From the NCBI GenBank assembly GCA_904501755.1, contig CAJGBV010000004.1, positions 13,209 to 77,208 on the forward strand: a stretch of 64,000 nt of DNA. The letters run 5' to 3'. A model generated the notes under the pieces. The model ran no database searches and was not told the origin of the DNA. It saw only the letters and a program-made list of their open reading frames with translations. Shown here piece after piece: positions 53,407 through 63,372 of this stretch. Position numbers and translations under genes: made by a program. Position 1 is the first letter of the stretch. Each line of letters begins with the position of its first letter. The stretch is from Clostridiaceae bacterium (GTDB taxonomy: Bacteria; Bacillota; Clostridia; Oscillospirales; Acutalibacteraceae).

Positions 53407-53856
53407 ATGGACAGTATTGATTATAATTTTGTAAAGCGTTTACACGAAAATGCAAGAATCACTGTAAAGGAACTTGCTAATGATGTTTTTATCTCTGCAC
53501 CTGCTACCTCTGCCAGAATAGAAAAAATGAGAAACGATGGCATAATTAAAGGCTACCATGCCCATTTTGATATGGAGAAATTAGGCTTTAACGTAACAGC
53601 TATTGTTTTGTTTTCTCTAAACAATGCTTTCAAAGAAGAATTTTTACAGTTTTCACTAAAGCATAAAAATATAATAAGGGTTCAAGGTGTATTAGGCGAA
53701 TACACTCATATTATTGAAGCTTCTTTTAAGCACTCCACCGAGGTAATGCCCTTTTTGGAAAGACTTTCTGCATTTGGCAAGGTCCAGCCGCATATAGTTA
53801 CACAGGAGTATAAATCTTATTCTCAGGCACAGTTTACCGATTTGTTGTCCGAATAA
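53407..53856 (+). CDS. Lrp/AsnC family transcriptional regulator
   Basis: It has an N-terminal HTH (LHENARITVKELANDVFISAPATSARI) and a C-terminal RAM-like domain. Confidence 0.8.
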   Translation: MDSIDYNFVKRLHENARITVKELANDVFISAPATSARIEKMRNDGIIKGYHAHFDMEKLGFNVTAIVLFSLNNAFKEEFLQFSLKHKNIIRVQGVLGEYTHIIEASFKHSTEVMPFLERLSAFGKVQPHIVTQEYKSYSQAQFTDLLSE

Positions 53857-53928
53857 TATAGCCTTTAACTATTAAAATACTTGATATTATGAAAGAAAAC
53901 GATTATAATGAATTATATATAAAGGTGG

Positions 53929-55053
53929 GTGATTTGCTTGGCCAAAAGATATGATTATGTAATTGTGGGTAGCGGTCTGTTTGCAGGTACCTTTGCAAAG
54001 TTTGCAACCGACATCGGCAAAAGCTGTCTTGTTATAGAAAAGCGTTCTCATTTAGGCGGTAATATTTACTGTGAGAATATAGATGGCATTAATGTCCACA
54101 AATATGGTGCTCATATTTTTCATACAAGCAATCCTGAGGTATGGAGCTTTGTAAATTCTTTAGCTCAGTTTAATAGATACACAAATTCACCTATCGCTAA
54201 CTACAAGGGCGAAATTTATAATATGCCCTTTAATATGAATACATTCTGCAAAATGTGGAATGACGTTACCACTCCTCAGCAAGCAAAAGACAAAATAGCC
54301 TTGCAAACCAGTGAAATCAAGGGCGAACCCAAAAATCTTGAGGAACAAGCCATTAGTCTTGTGGGAAGAGATATTTACACAAAGCTTGTAAAGGGCTATA
54401 CCGAAAAACAATGGGGCAGAAGCTGCAGTGAGCTTCCCGCATTTATAATAAAACGGCTTCCCGTAAGATATACCTTTGATAACAACTATTTTAACGATTT
54501 ATATCAAGGTATTCCCATTGGCGGATACAACGTTATTATTGATGCAATGTTTAAAAACTGCGATATTATGCTTAATACCGACTACAATGCCGAGCGTAAT
54601 AAGTATGACGCTATGGGTGAAAAGGTTTTATACACAGGCACTCTGGACTCCTTTTTCGATTACAAATTCGGAAAGCTTGAATACAGAAGTCTTAAATTCG
54701 AAACCGAGGTTTTGAACCGGGACAATTATCAGGGTGTTGCCGTTGTGAATTATACCGACCGCGAAACACCATTTACCCGAATTATAGAGCATAAGCATTT
54801 TGAGTTCGGCACTCAGGATAAAACGGTTATCACAAGGGAATATCCGTCCGATTGGAAAGAAGGTTTGGAACCCTACTACCCTGTTAATGACGAAAAAAAT
54901 CAGCAGCTTTACCGAAAATACTCCCTTCTTGCAAAAGAACAGCCCAATATACTTTTTGGTGGAAGACTTGCAGAATATAAGTATTATGATATGGACAAAG
55001 TTATCGAATCTGCCTTTAAGTTGGCAGAGGCTGAATTGATCAGGAGGATATGA
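53929..55053 (+). CDS. glf: UDP-galactopyranose mutase
   Basis: It has the FAD motif VIVGSGLFAG and a GAHIFHT motif. The exact start (GTG 53929 or TTG 53938) is uncertain. Confidence 0.9.
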   Translation: MICLAKRYDYVIVGSGLFAGTFAKFATDIGKSCLVIEKRSHLGGNIYCENIDGINVHKYGAHIFHTSNPEVWSFVNSLAQFNRYTNSPIANYKGEIYNMPFNMNTFCKMWNDVTTPQQAKDKIALQTSEIKGEPKNLEEQAISLVGRDIYTKLVKGYTEKQWGRSCSELPAFIIKRLPVRYTFDNNYFNDLYQGIPIGGYNVIIDAMFKNCDIMLNTDYNAERNKYDAMGEKVLYTGTLDSFFDYKFGKLEYRSLKFETEVLNRDNYQGVAVVNYTDRETPFTRIIEHKHFEFGTQDKTVITREYPSDWKEGLEPYYPVNDEKNQQLYRKYSLLAKEQPNILFGGRLAEYKYYDMDKVIESAFKLAEAELIRRI

Positions 55054-55054
55054 T

Positions 55055-56116
55055 ATGCCTGAAAACATTAAAATTAGTATTATAATGCCGGTTTACAAGG
55101 TAGAGGAATACGTGGGAAAATCCATTGAAAGTATACAGGCTCAGACCTTTACTCAGTGGGAGCTGTTTGCTATTGATGACGGTTCTCCCGATAACAGCGG
55201 AGCAATATGCGAGGAATATGCCCAAAAAGATCCTCGTATCAAGGTTATACATCAGGAAAATGCAGGTGCTCCCGCCGCCAGAAACCGTGCCATTGATTTA
55301 GCTGTGGGCGATTATCTTTATTTTATGGATTCGGACGACTGGACCGAGCCCACAATGCTTGAAGATATGTACAATATAGCTGTGCAATATGACCGCGAGG
55401 CCGTTATTGCAGGTTATTATATCGATACCTATTATAATGACACGGAAAAATTCACACAGGAGCTTTCCTACACTGATATTGTATTTAAAAGTCAGCAGGA
55501 ATTCAGAAACTGTGCTCACAAGCTTTTTGACAGAAATCTTTTATACACTCCCTGGAACAAGCTTTTTTCGGCTCAATACATAAAGGAGAACGGCATTTAC
55601 TTTCCCGACACCTTCTGGGATGATTTCCCCTTTAATCTACGTGTTTTCACAAATATTGAGCGTGTGGCTGTTACAGGTAAAAAATACTATCATTTTATAA
55701 GAAAACGTGCCGAAAGCGAAACCGCTAAATATCGTAGCAATATGTACGAAAAGCGCGAAGAAGAAAATCGTTGGATTAATAACCTTTATGCTCATTGGGG
55801 CATTATGAACGAAGAGGTTGAAGAGTTTATAGCAAGACGCTATGTTGAAAGACTTATCGGCTGTGTTGAGAATGTCACCAATAAAAATTGTACCCTTTCC
55901 TTAAAGGAAAAGAAGGCAGAGATAAAGATGATGATAGAATCAGACACCGCGCAAAAGGCAGTACGCATTGCAAAGCCGGGCGCTTTCTATACAAAGCTTT
56001 TGCTTCTTCCCATTCGTTTTAAGGATGCCGCCCTTATGTATATGATGGGTGCTGTAATTTCTCTGGTTAAATCCACAAACACAAAGCTTTTTGCCAAGCT
56101 TAAGGCAGGAAGATAG
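55055..56116 (+). CDS. Glycosyltransferase family 2
   Basis: It has ISIIMPVYKVEEY, DDGSPD and DSDD motifs. Confidence 0.85.
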   Translation: MPENIKISIIMPVYKVEEYVGKSIESIQAQTFTQWELFAIDDGSPDNSGAICEEYAQKDPRIKVIHQENAGAPAARNRAIDLAVGDYLYFMDSDDWTEPTMLEDMYNIAVQYDREAVIAGYYIDTYYNDTEKFTQELSYTDIVFKSQQEFRNCAHKLFDRNLLYTPWNKLFSAQYIKENGIYFPDTFWDDFPFNLRVFTNIERVAVTGKKYYHFIRKRAESETAKYRSNMYEKREEENRWINNLYAHWGIMNEEVEEFIARRYVERLIGCVENVTNKNCTLSLKEKKAEIKMMIESDTAQKAVRIAKPGAFYTKLLLLPIRFKDAALMYMMGAVISLVKSTNTKLFAKLKAGR

Positions 56117-56139
56117 GGCATTTAAAAGGAGATTTCCTT

Positions 56140-57168
56140 ATGAGCAAACCTCTTTTAAGCGTTATAATGCCTGTATACAATGGTGAAAAATATTTAAGAA
56201 ACACCCTTTCTTCACTTCTTTCACAAGACTATACAGACATAGAAGTTATTTGCATAAACGACTGTTCAACCGACGGCAGTCTTAGTATTTTGCGGGAATT
56301 CGAGGAAAAGGATTCCCGTATTAAATGCGTTTCACTAAAAGAAAACATAGGCGCAGGCAGAGCGAGAAATATCGGTATCGAGCGTTCTGTCGGCGCTTAT
56401 ATTGCTTTTCTTGATGCTGATGACGAGATAATTCCCGATATCCTAAGCAGTGCTGTAAGCCTTATGGAGCAAACCGATGCGCAACAGGTTATATGGGGTG
56501 CAAGTGAGGAGCATTTTGATAAGAACAACCACCATATACGTTCCCTTAGCATTATACCTAAAGCCTGTATAAGTCAAGGGGAAAGCGAGGTTGCCCGCAC
56601 TGCTCTTGACCTTGAGGAGCAAACCCTTTTCGGCTATCTGTGGAACTCTCTGTACAAAGCGGATATTATTAGAAGCAACGGCATTTTAATGAATGATTAC
56701 CTTTTTTATGAGGACTATTTCTTTAATCTTGATGTTATCAAAAAGACAAGCAAAATTGCCGTTATGGACAAAATAGGCTACCGCTATTTCAAAAGAGTTA
56801 ATTCCAGCATTACCCACAGCTTTTCAAATAACTATTTCAAACTGAGCTATGAAAGGGTTAAATCCTTTTACGATTACTGTGTTAGCACCGACACCCTTGA
56901 CCAAAGGGCTGTAAATATCCTGGCAAAAAAACTGCTGAGATATACCCTTTCAGCCTTGTCACGCAACAATAATCCTTTAGCCCAACTTAATGCTAAACAG
57001 CGCAAAAAGTGGGTTAAGGATAATCTTTATTCAAAAGAGCTGTATTCCCTGTTGCTAAAAAACAAGGTTAATGTAAACCCGGTTTTTAAAATCCTTAAAT
57101 TTGCAATAAACAAAAAGCTTACCTGTCTTTGTCTGTTTATGGGTAAAGCGGTGTATCACCTAATTTAA
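56140..57168 (+). CDS. Glycosyltransferase family 2
   Basis: It has SVIMPVYNGEKY, NDCSTDGS and DADD motifs. Confidence 0.85.
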   Translation: MSKPLLSVIMPVYNGEKYLRNTLSSLLSQDYTDIEVICINDCSTDGSLSILREFEEKDSRIKCVSLKENIGAGRARNIGIERSVGAYIAFLDADDEIIPDILSSAVSLMEQTDAQQVIWGASEEHFDKNNHHIRSLSIIPKACISQGESEVARTALDLEEQTLFGYLWNSLYKADIIRSNGILMNDYLFYEDYFFNLDVIKKTSKIAVMDKIGYRYFKRVNSSITHSFSNNYFKLSYERVKSFYDYCVSTDTLDQRAVNILAKKLLRYTLSALSRNNNPLAQLNAKQRKKWVKDNLYSKELYSLLLKNKVNVNPVFKILKFAINKKLTCLCLFMGKAVYHLI

Positions 57169-57185
57169 AACAAGGATGGATATGT

Positions 57186-58574
57186 ATGAAAACAAAACCA
57201 CTGACCTTAAATACTGATGTTTTTGAGCTTCCCTTTAAACTCATTTATCTGATATTCGGTATTTTCACATTTTGCAATTTAACCCACATGCAACCCATAA
57301 TGTCCTATGCGGTTATCGCTGTGTTGGGAATGAGCGTTCTTTTATTTATACCTCGCTTTATAAATATAGCCGGGTATGTAAAAACTCCTGCGCTTTCCCT
57401 TCTTATTGCCTTTACAGTAAGCTTTATTATTTCCGCAATCCTTAACTTTTCCTATGGTTATTCAGACAATTTTAAAGGACTTGTATGGCTTATTCTTCAT
57501 TTCTTCGGTTTGTTTGCCTGTAATGTAAAAAGAGATGAAAAAGAATATAAGAAAGAATTCTCCATTCTCAGCATTTTTTATCTTGCGGTATTTTTTGTTA
57601 TGTCGGCTATAAGCCTTATTCAGTATATCATCAATTATTCCCTTGAGCAGTACAACAAGGAATACACCCGTCTTGCAGGTCTTGTTTGGGGCAGACTTTG
57701 GGGCGTTTTCCGCGACCCGAATTATGCCAGTGTTTTTGCCGCTATTGCTATCGTTCTTTCTCTTTACTATATAAGAAAAAACAAAAACAAGCTGTTAAGA
57801 GTATTCCTGATTTTCAATATAGTAGTTCAGTTTTTATACCTTAGCCTTTCGGGCTCACGCACAGGTATGGTGGCACTTTTTGCAGTTGTTTTTCTTTACA
57901 TTCTGCTTATAGGTCTTAAAAAGCTTAATTTCAAAGGCTTTTTAAAAATTTCTCTTGTTGTTGTTATAGCACTTCTTGTATCGGTTTCTTCTTTTCTGAT
58001 TATAACGGGAGTTCATAAAGTCAACAGTGAAATCGTTGAATATCGTTATTATCAGTCAGCACAAGGTGAGGATGTACCCGAATACGAGGACGGCAGAGAA
58101 CAGGACCTCGAAAGCGATATAAGCAACCGCCGTTTTGACCTCTGGAAAAGCGGTGTTGAAATTTTCTCTGAAAACAAGGTTTTCGGTGTTTCCTATTATA
58201 ACCTTAAAAGCTACGCAGAAAGTCAAATGCCCGACACCTATCTTGTAAACAACAACCACGGCAAGTTTAACAACACCCATAATATAATCTTCAATGTTTT
58301 GGCGGCTCAGGGACTTACAGGCATTATATTATTTATCTCCTTTGCTGTGTTTACTGTAATTTTCATATTCAAAAACATTGCAAAAACGCCGGATAGTGAT
58401 TATGAGTATATATGTGTTATGTTTATATGTTGTGTTGCCTCATTAGTAAGCTCTATGTTTGTAACAGATGTTATATATACTAACTCCCCAACCTCCGTTA
58501 TTTTCTGGTTATTCCTTGGTTATATGTTCCATTATTTCAAAAGAAAAAAGATGAGTAAAGAAAATGAGTGTTAA
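57186..58574 (+). CDS. O-antigen ligase/polymerase (Wzy-like) family membrane protein
   Basis: It is a polytopic protein of about 12 TM segments with an extracytoplasmic loop. It sits inside a glycan locus next to the flippase. Confidence 0.7.
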   Translation: MKTKPLTLNTDVFELPFKLIYLIFGIFTFCNLTHMQPIMSYAVIAVLGMSVLLFIPRFINIAGYVKTPALSLLIAFTVSFIISAILNFSYGYSDNFKGLVWLILHFFGLFACNVKRDEKEYKKEFSILSIFYLAVFFVMSAISLIQYIINYSLEQYNKEYTRLAGLVWGRLWGVFRDPNYASVFAAIAIVLSLYYIRKNKNKLLRVFLIFNIVVQFLYLSLSGSRTGMVALFAVVFLYILLIGLKKLNFKGFLKISLVVVIALLVSVSSFLIITGVHKVNSEIVEYRYYQSAQGEDVPEYEDGREQDLESDISNRRFDLWKSGVEIFSENKVFGVSYYNLKSYAESQMPDTYLVNNNHGKFNNTHNIIFNVLAAQGLTGIILFISFAVFTVIFIFKNIAKTPDSDYEYICVMFICCVASLVSSMFVTDVIYTNSPTSVIFWLFLGYMFHYFKRKKMSKENEC

Positions 58575-59541
58575 CGTTTCGGTAATTATTCCCGTTTATA
58601 AGGCTGAGAAATGGCTTAGAAAATGTCTTGACTCTGTACTGTGTCAGGACTTCTTCTCCTTTGAGGTTGTTGCAGTAAACGACGGTTCTCCCGACTCCTG
58701 TGGTGAAATCTTAGAGGAATATTCTGCCGAAGATAACAGACTAAAGGTGATAACCCAGACCAATAAAGGTCTTGGCGGTGCCAGAAATACGGGAATAGAA
58801 AATTCACAGGGTAAATATCTTCTTTTTGTTGACAGCGACGACACCTTAAAACAGGGCTGTATTTCCTATCTCTATGATATGGCAGAAACAAACGACGCCG
58901 ATATTGTCAGCTTTGGAATTGACTTTATAGAAGAAAACGAAAAAACCGTTTTTACCTATAAAGCAAGTAGTTTAGGCTGTGAAAAGGTCACAAAAGAAGA
59001 GTATCTTATTGAGGCGATTGATAATCCTTATGTGTGCAACAAACTGTATAAAGCAGACCTATTCAAAAAAACAGACATTCGTTTTCCACTTGGTGTATGG
59101 TTTGAGGACCTTGCTACATTGCCTAAAATTGTTCTGCACTGTGACAGTGTACTTCTTTGCGACAAGGTTTTCTATAACTATCTACAGAGAAACGACTCTA
59201 TAATGCACACTGTAAATAACAATAAAAACATAGATATGATAGATGCCATAGATGGTCTTATAGAATACTTTATGAAAAACAATGTATTTGATACCTTTTA
59301 CAGTCAGCTTGAATATGCCGCTGCTCTTCATATAGCAGTTCTGTCTGTAAACCGAGTTGCCGCTACCGAGCCAAATCATCCACTAATCAAACATTTTTGG
59401 GGATATATCAATAAAAACTTCCCCTCTCTTTGCAAAAATCCTTATATAAAAACACGTCTGTCAAAAAAACGCAGACTGCTTTTCTTCTTATCAAAACACA
59501 AAATGTATAACACAATTAATTTCCTTAATAAGCTCAGATAA
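58564..59541 (+). CDS. Glycosyltransferase family 2
   Basis: It has VSVIIPVYKAEKW, NDGSPD and DSDD motifs. It is paralogous to the next gene (shared GLGGARNTGIEN). Confidence 0.85.
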   Translation: MSVNVSVIIPVYKAEKWLRKCLDSVLCQDFFSFEVVAVNDGSPDSCGEILEEYSAEDNRLKVITQTNKGLGGARNTGIENSQGKYLLFVDSDDTLKQGCISYLYDMAETNDADIVSFGIDFIEENEKTVFTYKASSLGCEKVTKEEYLIEAIDNPYVCNKLYKADLFKKTDIRFPLGVWFEDLATLPKIVLHCDSVLLCDKVFYNYLQRNDSIMHTVNNNKNIDMIDAIDGLIEYFMKNNVFDTFYSQLEYAAALHIAVLSVNRVAATEPNHPLIKHFWGYINKNFPSLCKNPYIKTRLSKKRRLLFFLSKHKMYNTINFLNKLR

Positions 59542-59553
59542 CGGAGGAAACCG

Positions 59554-60564
59554 ATGCCCTGTATAAGTGTAATAATTCCTGTTTATAACGTCGAAAAATA
59601 TCTTGCCAAATGTATAGACAGTGTTTTATCCCAGACCTTTTTGGATATTGAAATAATCCTTGTTGATGATGGTTCTTCTGATAAAAGTCCCTTAATTTGC
59701 GATGAATACAGCAAAAAATATCCCTTTATTTCGGTTATACATCAGGAAAACAGAGGACTTGGCGGTGCCAGAAACACAGGTATTGAAAATGCCAAAGGCG
59801 AATATCTTTTCTTTCTTGACAGCGATGACTTTATCAGTAAAAACGCACTGGGATGTTGCTATACCTTAGCCAAAGAGCATAGCTGTGATATGGTACTGTT
59901 TGACTGTATTGCCGCCTTTGAGGACGGCTCTTTGGGCAGTAAATATTCCTGTGATTTTCTGTTAGAAAACCAACTTTTAAAAGGAAATGACCTGAAAGCC
60001 ATTACCCTTTTCAGCAGTGCCTGTAACCGTCTTTACAAGGCAGAGCTTTTCCTTAACACAGGCATCCGCTTCCCTGAAAAGCTTTGGTATGAGGATTTGC
60101 ACACTACCCCAAAGCTTATCCCTTATGTTCAGACGGCGTATTATTATAATAAAGAGCCTCTTTATTTCTATCTTCAAAGGACAGGCTCTATTATGCACTC
60201 ACCCGATTTAGAACGTATAACAAGTCAGAGGATTACCGCTGTTTCCTCTGTGTGTGATTATTTTTCACAAAACGGATTTGAAGAAAAATTTAAGGACGAG
60301 CTTGATTTCATCCGCACTTTTCACGGCTTTTTCCTGCCCGTAAGAGAAATGCAGTCAATGGCAAGCCATTTTGAAAGCTATGCCGACACTCTCAGAACTC
60401 AGCTTTTATCAAACAACCCTCATCCCCTTAACAGCAAATACATTTCTGTTCTAAGCAAAAAAGAGCTGTTGCTTTTAAAGTGGTCGCTTAACAGGAATTA
60501 CACCTTTATAAAGCTTTTTTCTCTCCTTAATAAACTTATGAAGAAGGTTCGCAATGTTAAATAA
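59554..60564 (+). CDS. Glycosyltransferase family 2
   Basis: It has ISVIIPVYNVEKY, DDGSSD and DSDD motifs. Confidence 0.85.
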   Translation: MPCISVIIPVYNVEKYLAKCIDSVLSQTFLDIEIILVDDGSSDKSPLICDEYSKKYPFISVIHQENRGLGGARNTGIENAKGEYLFFLDSDDFISKNALGCCYTLAKEHSCDMVLFDCIAAFEDGSLGSKYSCDFLLENQLLKGNDLKAITLFSSACNRLYKAELFLNTGIRFPEKLWYEDLHTTPKLIPYVQTAYYYNKEPLYFYLQRTGSIMHSPDLERITSQRITAVSSVCDYFSQNGFEEKFKDELDFIRTFHGFFLPVREMQSMASHFESYADTLRTQLLSNNPHPLNSKYISVLSKKELLLLKWSLNRNYTFIKLFSLLNKLMKKVRNVK

Positions 60565-61825
60565 GCTAAAGAAAGTTGATTTAAAAAGTAAGGTATTATT
60601 GCAGAATACGCTGATGCTTTATATTCTGCAGTTTTCCTCATACCTTTTCAGCTTCATTACGGTACCCTATCAGACCCGTATTTTAGGGCCTGAGCTTTAC
60701 GGTATGCTTGGAGTTGCCGGCGCTGTAATGCTGTATTTTCAGCTTTTTCTTGATTTTGGTTTTCTTCTTTCTGCTACTGAGGATATATCCAAAAACCGCG
60801 AGGACAGGCTTTATGTCTGCAAAAAAATAACCTCTATTGCATTAATAAAGGTTATCCTTGGACTTTTTTCTCTTATAATTATGTCGGTGCTTCTTTTCTC
60901 TGTTAAGGAATTTTCAGCCCATAAAGCAGTATACTTAATATACTTTGCCGCTTATGCAGTTAACTCCTTTTTGCCCGATTATGTATACAGAGGCATTGAG
61001 AAAATGACCGCCGTTACACTTCGTACAGTGGCGGTTAAGCTTCTTTTCTGTGTAATGACCTTTGTGTTTTTAAGGACAAAGGAGGACTATATTGCTGTTC
61101 CTCTTTTACTGCTTATAGGTAACTGTCTTGCCGTTATATTCGCCTATTTTCATCTATTAAAAAAATTAGGCTATAGCTTTGCAAAAATCACATTTAAAGA
61201 AGCCTTATATGACTTTAAGCGTTCCAGTGTATTTTTCTATTCACGAATCGCAACCACTGTTTACAGTGCTACCAACACAGTAGTTCTTGGCTTTATTGAC
61301 AAAACAGGCATTACCACGGGTTATTTTACCTCAGCCGACAAAATAGTCACGACGGCAAAAAACGGATTTTCACCAATATCTGATAGCCTTTATCCTTATA
61401 TGGTTAAAAATAAGGATTTTCGCCCTGTAAAAAAAATTCTCACCCTTATAATGCTTCCTGTTATTATAGGGTGTGTTCTTGTAGGAATTTTCTCAGAGCC
61501 ACTTTGTGTCTTTGCTTTTGGTAAGGAATTTGCAGGTGCCGCACCGATTCTTCGCGCCTTTTTACCTGCTGTGGTGATTATTCTTCCAAGTTATATCTTT
61601 GGTTTTCCCGTTATGGGTGCTATGGGTATATCAAAATATGCAAACTACTCTATTTTTACAGGCACCGCCACCCATATTATAGGCATTGTTATTCTTGCAC
61701 TTACCGGAAATATAAGCGGTGTTACTCTGGCCGCAATGACCAGCATATCCGAAATCATAATTTTCCTTTACCGCATAGCTATGGTATATAAGAATCGACA
61801 TTTACTCAAAGGAGAAAGCAAATGA
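60554..61825 (+). CDS. Oligosaccharide flippase (Wzx / polysaccharide biosynthesis protein family)
   Basis: It is a 423-aa polytopic protein with a MOP-flippase-like pattern in a glycan-locus context. Confidence 0.75.
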   Translation: MLNKLKKVDLKSKVLLQNTLMLYILQFSSYLFSFITVPYQTRILGPELYGMLGVAGAVMLYFQLFLDFGFLLSATEDISKNREDRLYVCKKITSIALIKVILGLFSLIIMSVLLFSVKEFSAHKAVYLIYFAAYAVNSFLPDYVYRGIEKMTAVTLRTVAVKLLFCVMTFVFLRTKEDYIAVPLLLLIGNCLAVIFAYFHLLKKLGYSFAKITFKEALYDFKRSSVFFYSRIATTVYSATNTVVLGFIDKTGITTGYFTSADKIVTTAKNGFSPISDSLYPYMVKNKDFRPVKKILTLIMLPVIIGCVLVGIFSEPLCVFAFGKEFAGAAPILRAFLPAVVIILPSYIFGFPVMGAMGISKYANYSIFTGTATHIIGIVILALTGNISGVTLAAMTSISEIIIFLYRIAMVYKNRHLLKGESK

Positions 61826-62964
61826 ATCTTTTTTTAAGACTTTTAAACCGTGTTTTTTGGATTATTTGTTTCTTTCTGCCTGTAAAAAGGACTAAGGTGG
61901 TTTTTCAGTCCTACTACGGAAGAGGCTACGGTGATAATCCCAAATATATAGCCGACGCACTTATAAAAAGCGGTGAAAAGCTCGATTTAGTATGGGTTGT
62001 AAGCGGTAACGAAGACTATGTTTTCCCAAAGGAAATAAGAACCGTAAAATTCCGCTCACTTAGATATATTTATGAAATGTCCACTGCAAAGGTATGGGTG
62101 GACAACAGTCGTAAGGAATACTGCCTTAAAAAGAAAAATCAGTTTTATATGCAGACCTGGCACGGCGGACTGGGTATGAAAAAGGTTGAAAATATGGTGC
62201 CGCAAAAGCTGAGCAATGAGTATCTGCGTATGGCAACACGGGATGCTGCACAGTGTGATGTTATGATTTCAAGCTGTGATACCCTGACAAAAGACTACCG
62301 CAACTATTTCTGGTACCCACAGGGAGAAATAATTCAAAAAGGTCTTCCCCGTAACGACCGCCTTTTGAGCTTCACAAATGAGGATGTAGCGAGAATAAAG
62401 AAAAACCTTGATATAAAGGATGATGTAAAGCTTCTGCTTTATGCGCCTACCTTCCGCGAAAATCGTGACCTGTCGGTATATGATATGGACTACAAAGCCT
62501 GTAAAGCGGCTCTTGAGGAAAAATTCGGGGGAGAGTGGAAAATTCTTCTCAGGCTTCATCCCAATGTGTTCAAGCTTTCTGATAATATAGAGTACGACCA
62601 AAATGTGCTTATAAATGCCTCATATTATCCCGATATGCAAGAATTATATATGATTGCCGATATGCTGATTACCGACTATTCCTCGGTTATTTTTGACTTC
62701 CTGCTTATTGAAAAGCCAAGTCTTTTATATGCAAGTGATGTTTCAAAATACCGTGATGAACGAGACTTTTACTTTGATTTTAAAGAGCTTCCCTTTGCAC
62801 TTTGCGAAAACAACAGTCAGCTTAGTGAAGCAATCCTTTCCTTTGATGAGGAAGAATATAAAAAATCCATTAACGCCTTTAAAAAGCTTCACGGTTTTTG
62901 TGACAGTTCAAATGCTTCAGATTATGCGGCAGAGTGGATACTTAATAAAATAAAAGGAGAATAA
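61822..62964 (+). CDS. CDP-glycerol glycerophosphotransferase (TagB/TagF family)
   Basis: It has QTWHGG and YAPTFRE motifs. It lies immediately upstream of tagD. Confidence 0.85.
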   Translation: MNLFLRLLNRVFWIICFFLPVKRTKVVFQSYYGRGYGDNPKYIADALIKSGEKLDLVWVVSGNEDYVFPKEIRTVKFRSLRYIYEMSTAKVWVDNSRKEYCLKKKNQFYMQTWHGGLGMKKVENMVPQKLSNEYLRMATRDAAQCDVMISSCDTLTKDYRNYFWYPQGEIIQKGLPRNDRLLSFTNEDVARIKKNLDIKDDVKLLLYAPTFRENRDLSVYDMDYKACKAALEEKFGGEWKILLRLHPNVFKLSDNIEYDQNVLINASYYPDMQELYMIADMLITDYSSVIFDFLLIEKPSLLYASDVSKYRDERDFYFDFKELPFALCENNSQLSEAILSFDEEEYKKSINAFKKLHGFCDSSNASDYAAEWILNKIKGE

Positions 62965-62965
62965 T

Positions 62966-63358
62966 ATGAAAAAAGTTATTACCTACGGGACCTTTGATTT
63001 ACTTCACTACGGACATATAAATCTTTTAAAGCGTGCCAAGGAGCAGGGAGATTATCTTATAGTTGCCCTGTCAACAGATGAATTCAACTGGAACGCAAAG
63101 CAGAAAAAATGCTATTTCTCATACGAAAAAAGAAAGCTTCTCCTTGAAGCCATTCGCTATGTTGACCTTGTTATTCCCGAGGAAAACTGGGAGCAGAAAA
63201 TTTCTGATGTAAAGGAATTCAAGGTAGATACCTTTGTTATGGGCGACGACTGGGAGGGAAAATTTGATTTTCTCAAGGACTACTGCCAGGTAGTATATCT
63301 GCCCAGAACACCCGAAATCTCTACAACTCAGATTAAGGGAGATTTGAAACAGCCTTAA
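62966..63358 (+). CDS. tagD: Glycerol-3-phosphate cytidylyltransferase
   Basis: It has GTFDLLHYGH (the HxGH motif), is 130 aa long, and has an RTPEISTT motif. Confidence 0.9.
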   Translation: MKKVITYGTFDLLHYGHINLLKRAKEQGDYLIVALSTDEFNWNAKQKKCYFSYEKRKLLLEAIRYVDLVIPEENWEQKISDVKEFKVDTFVMGDDWEGKFDFLKDYCQVVYLPRTPEISTTQIKGDLKQP

Positions 63359-63372
63359 AGGAGGAATTAATA

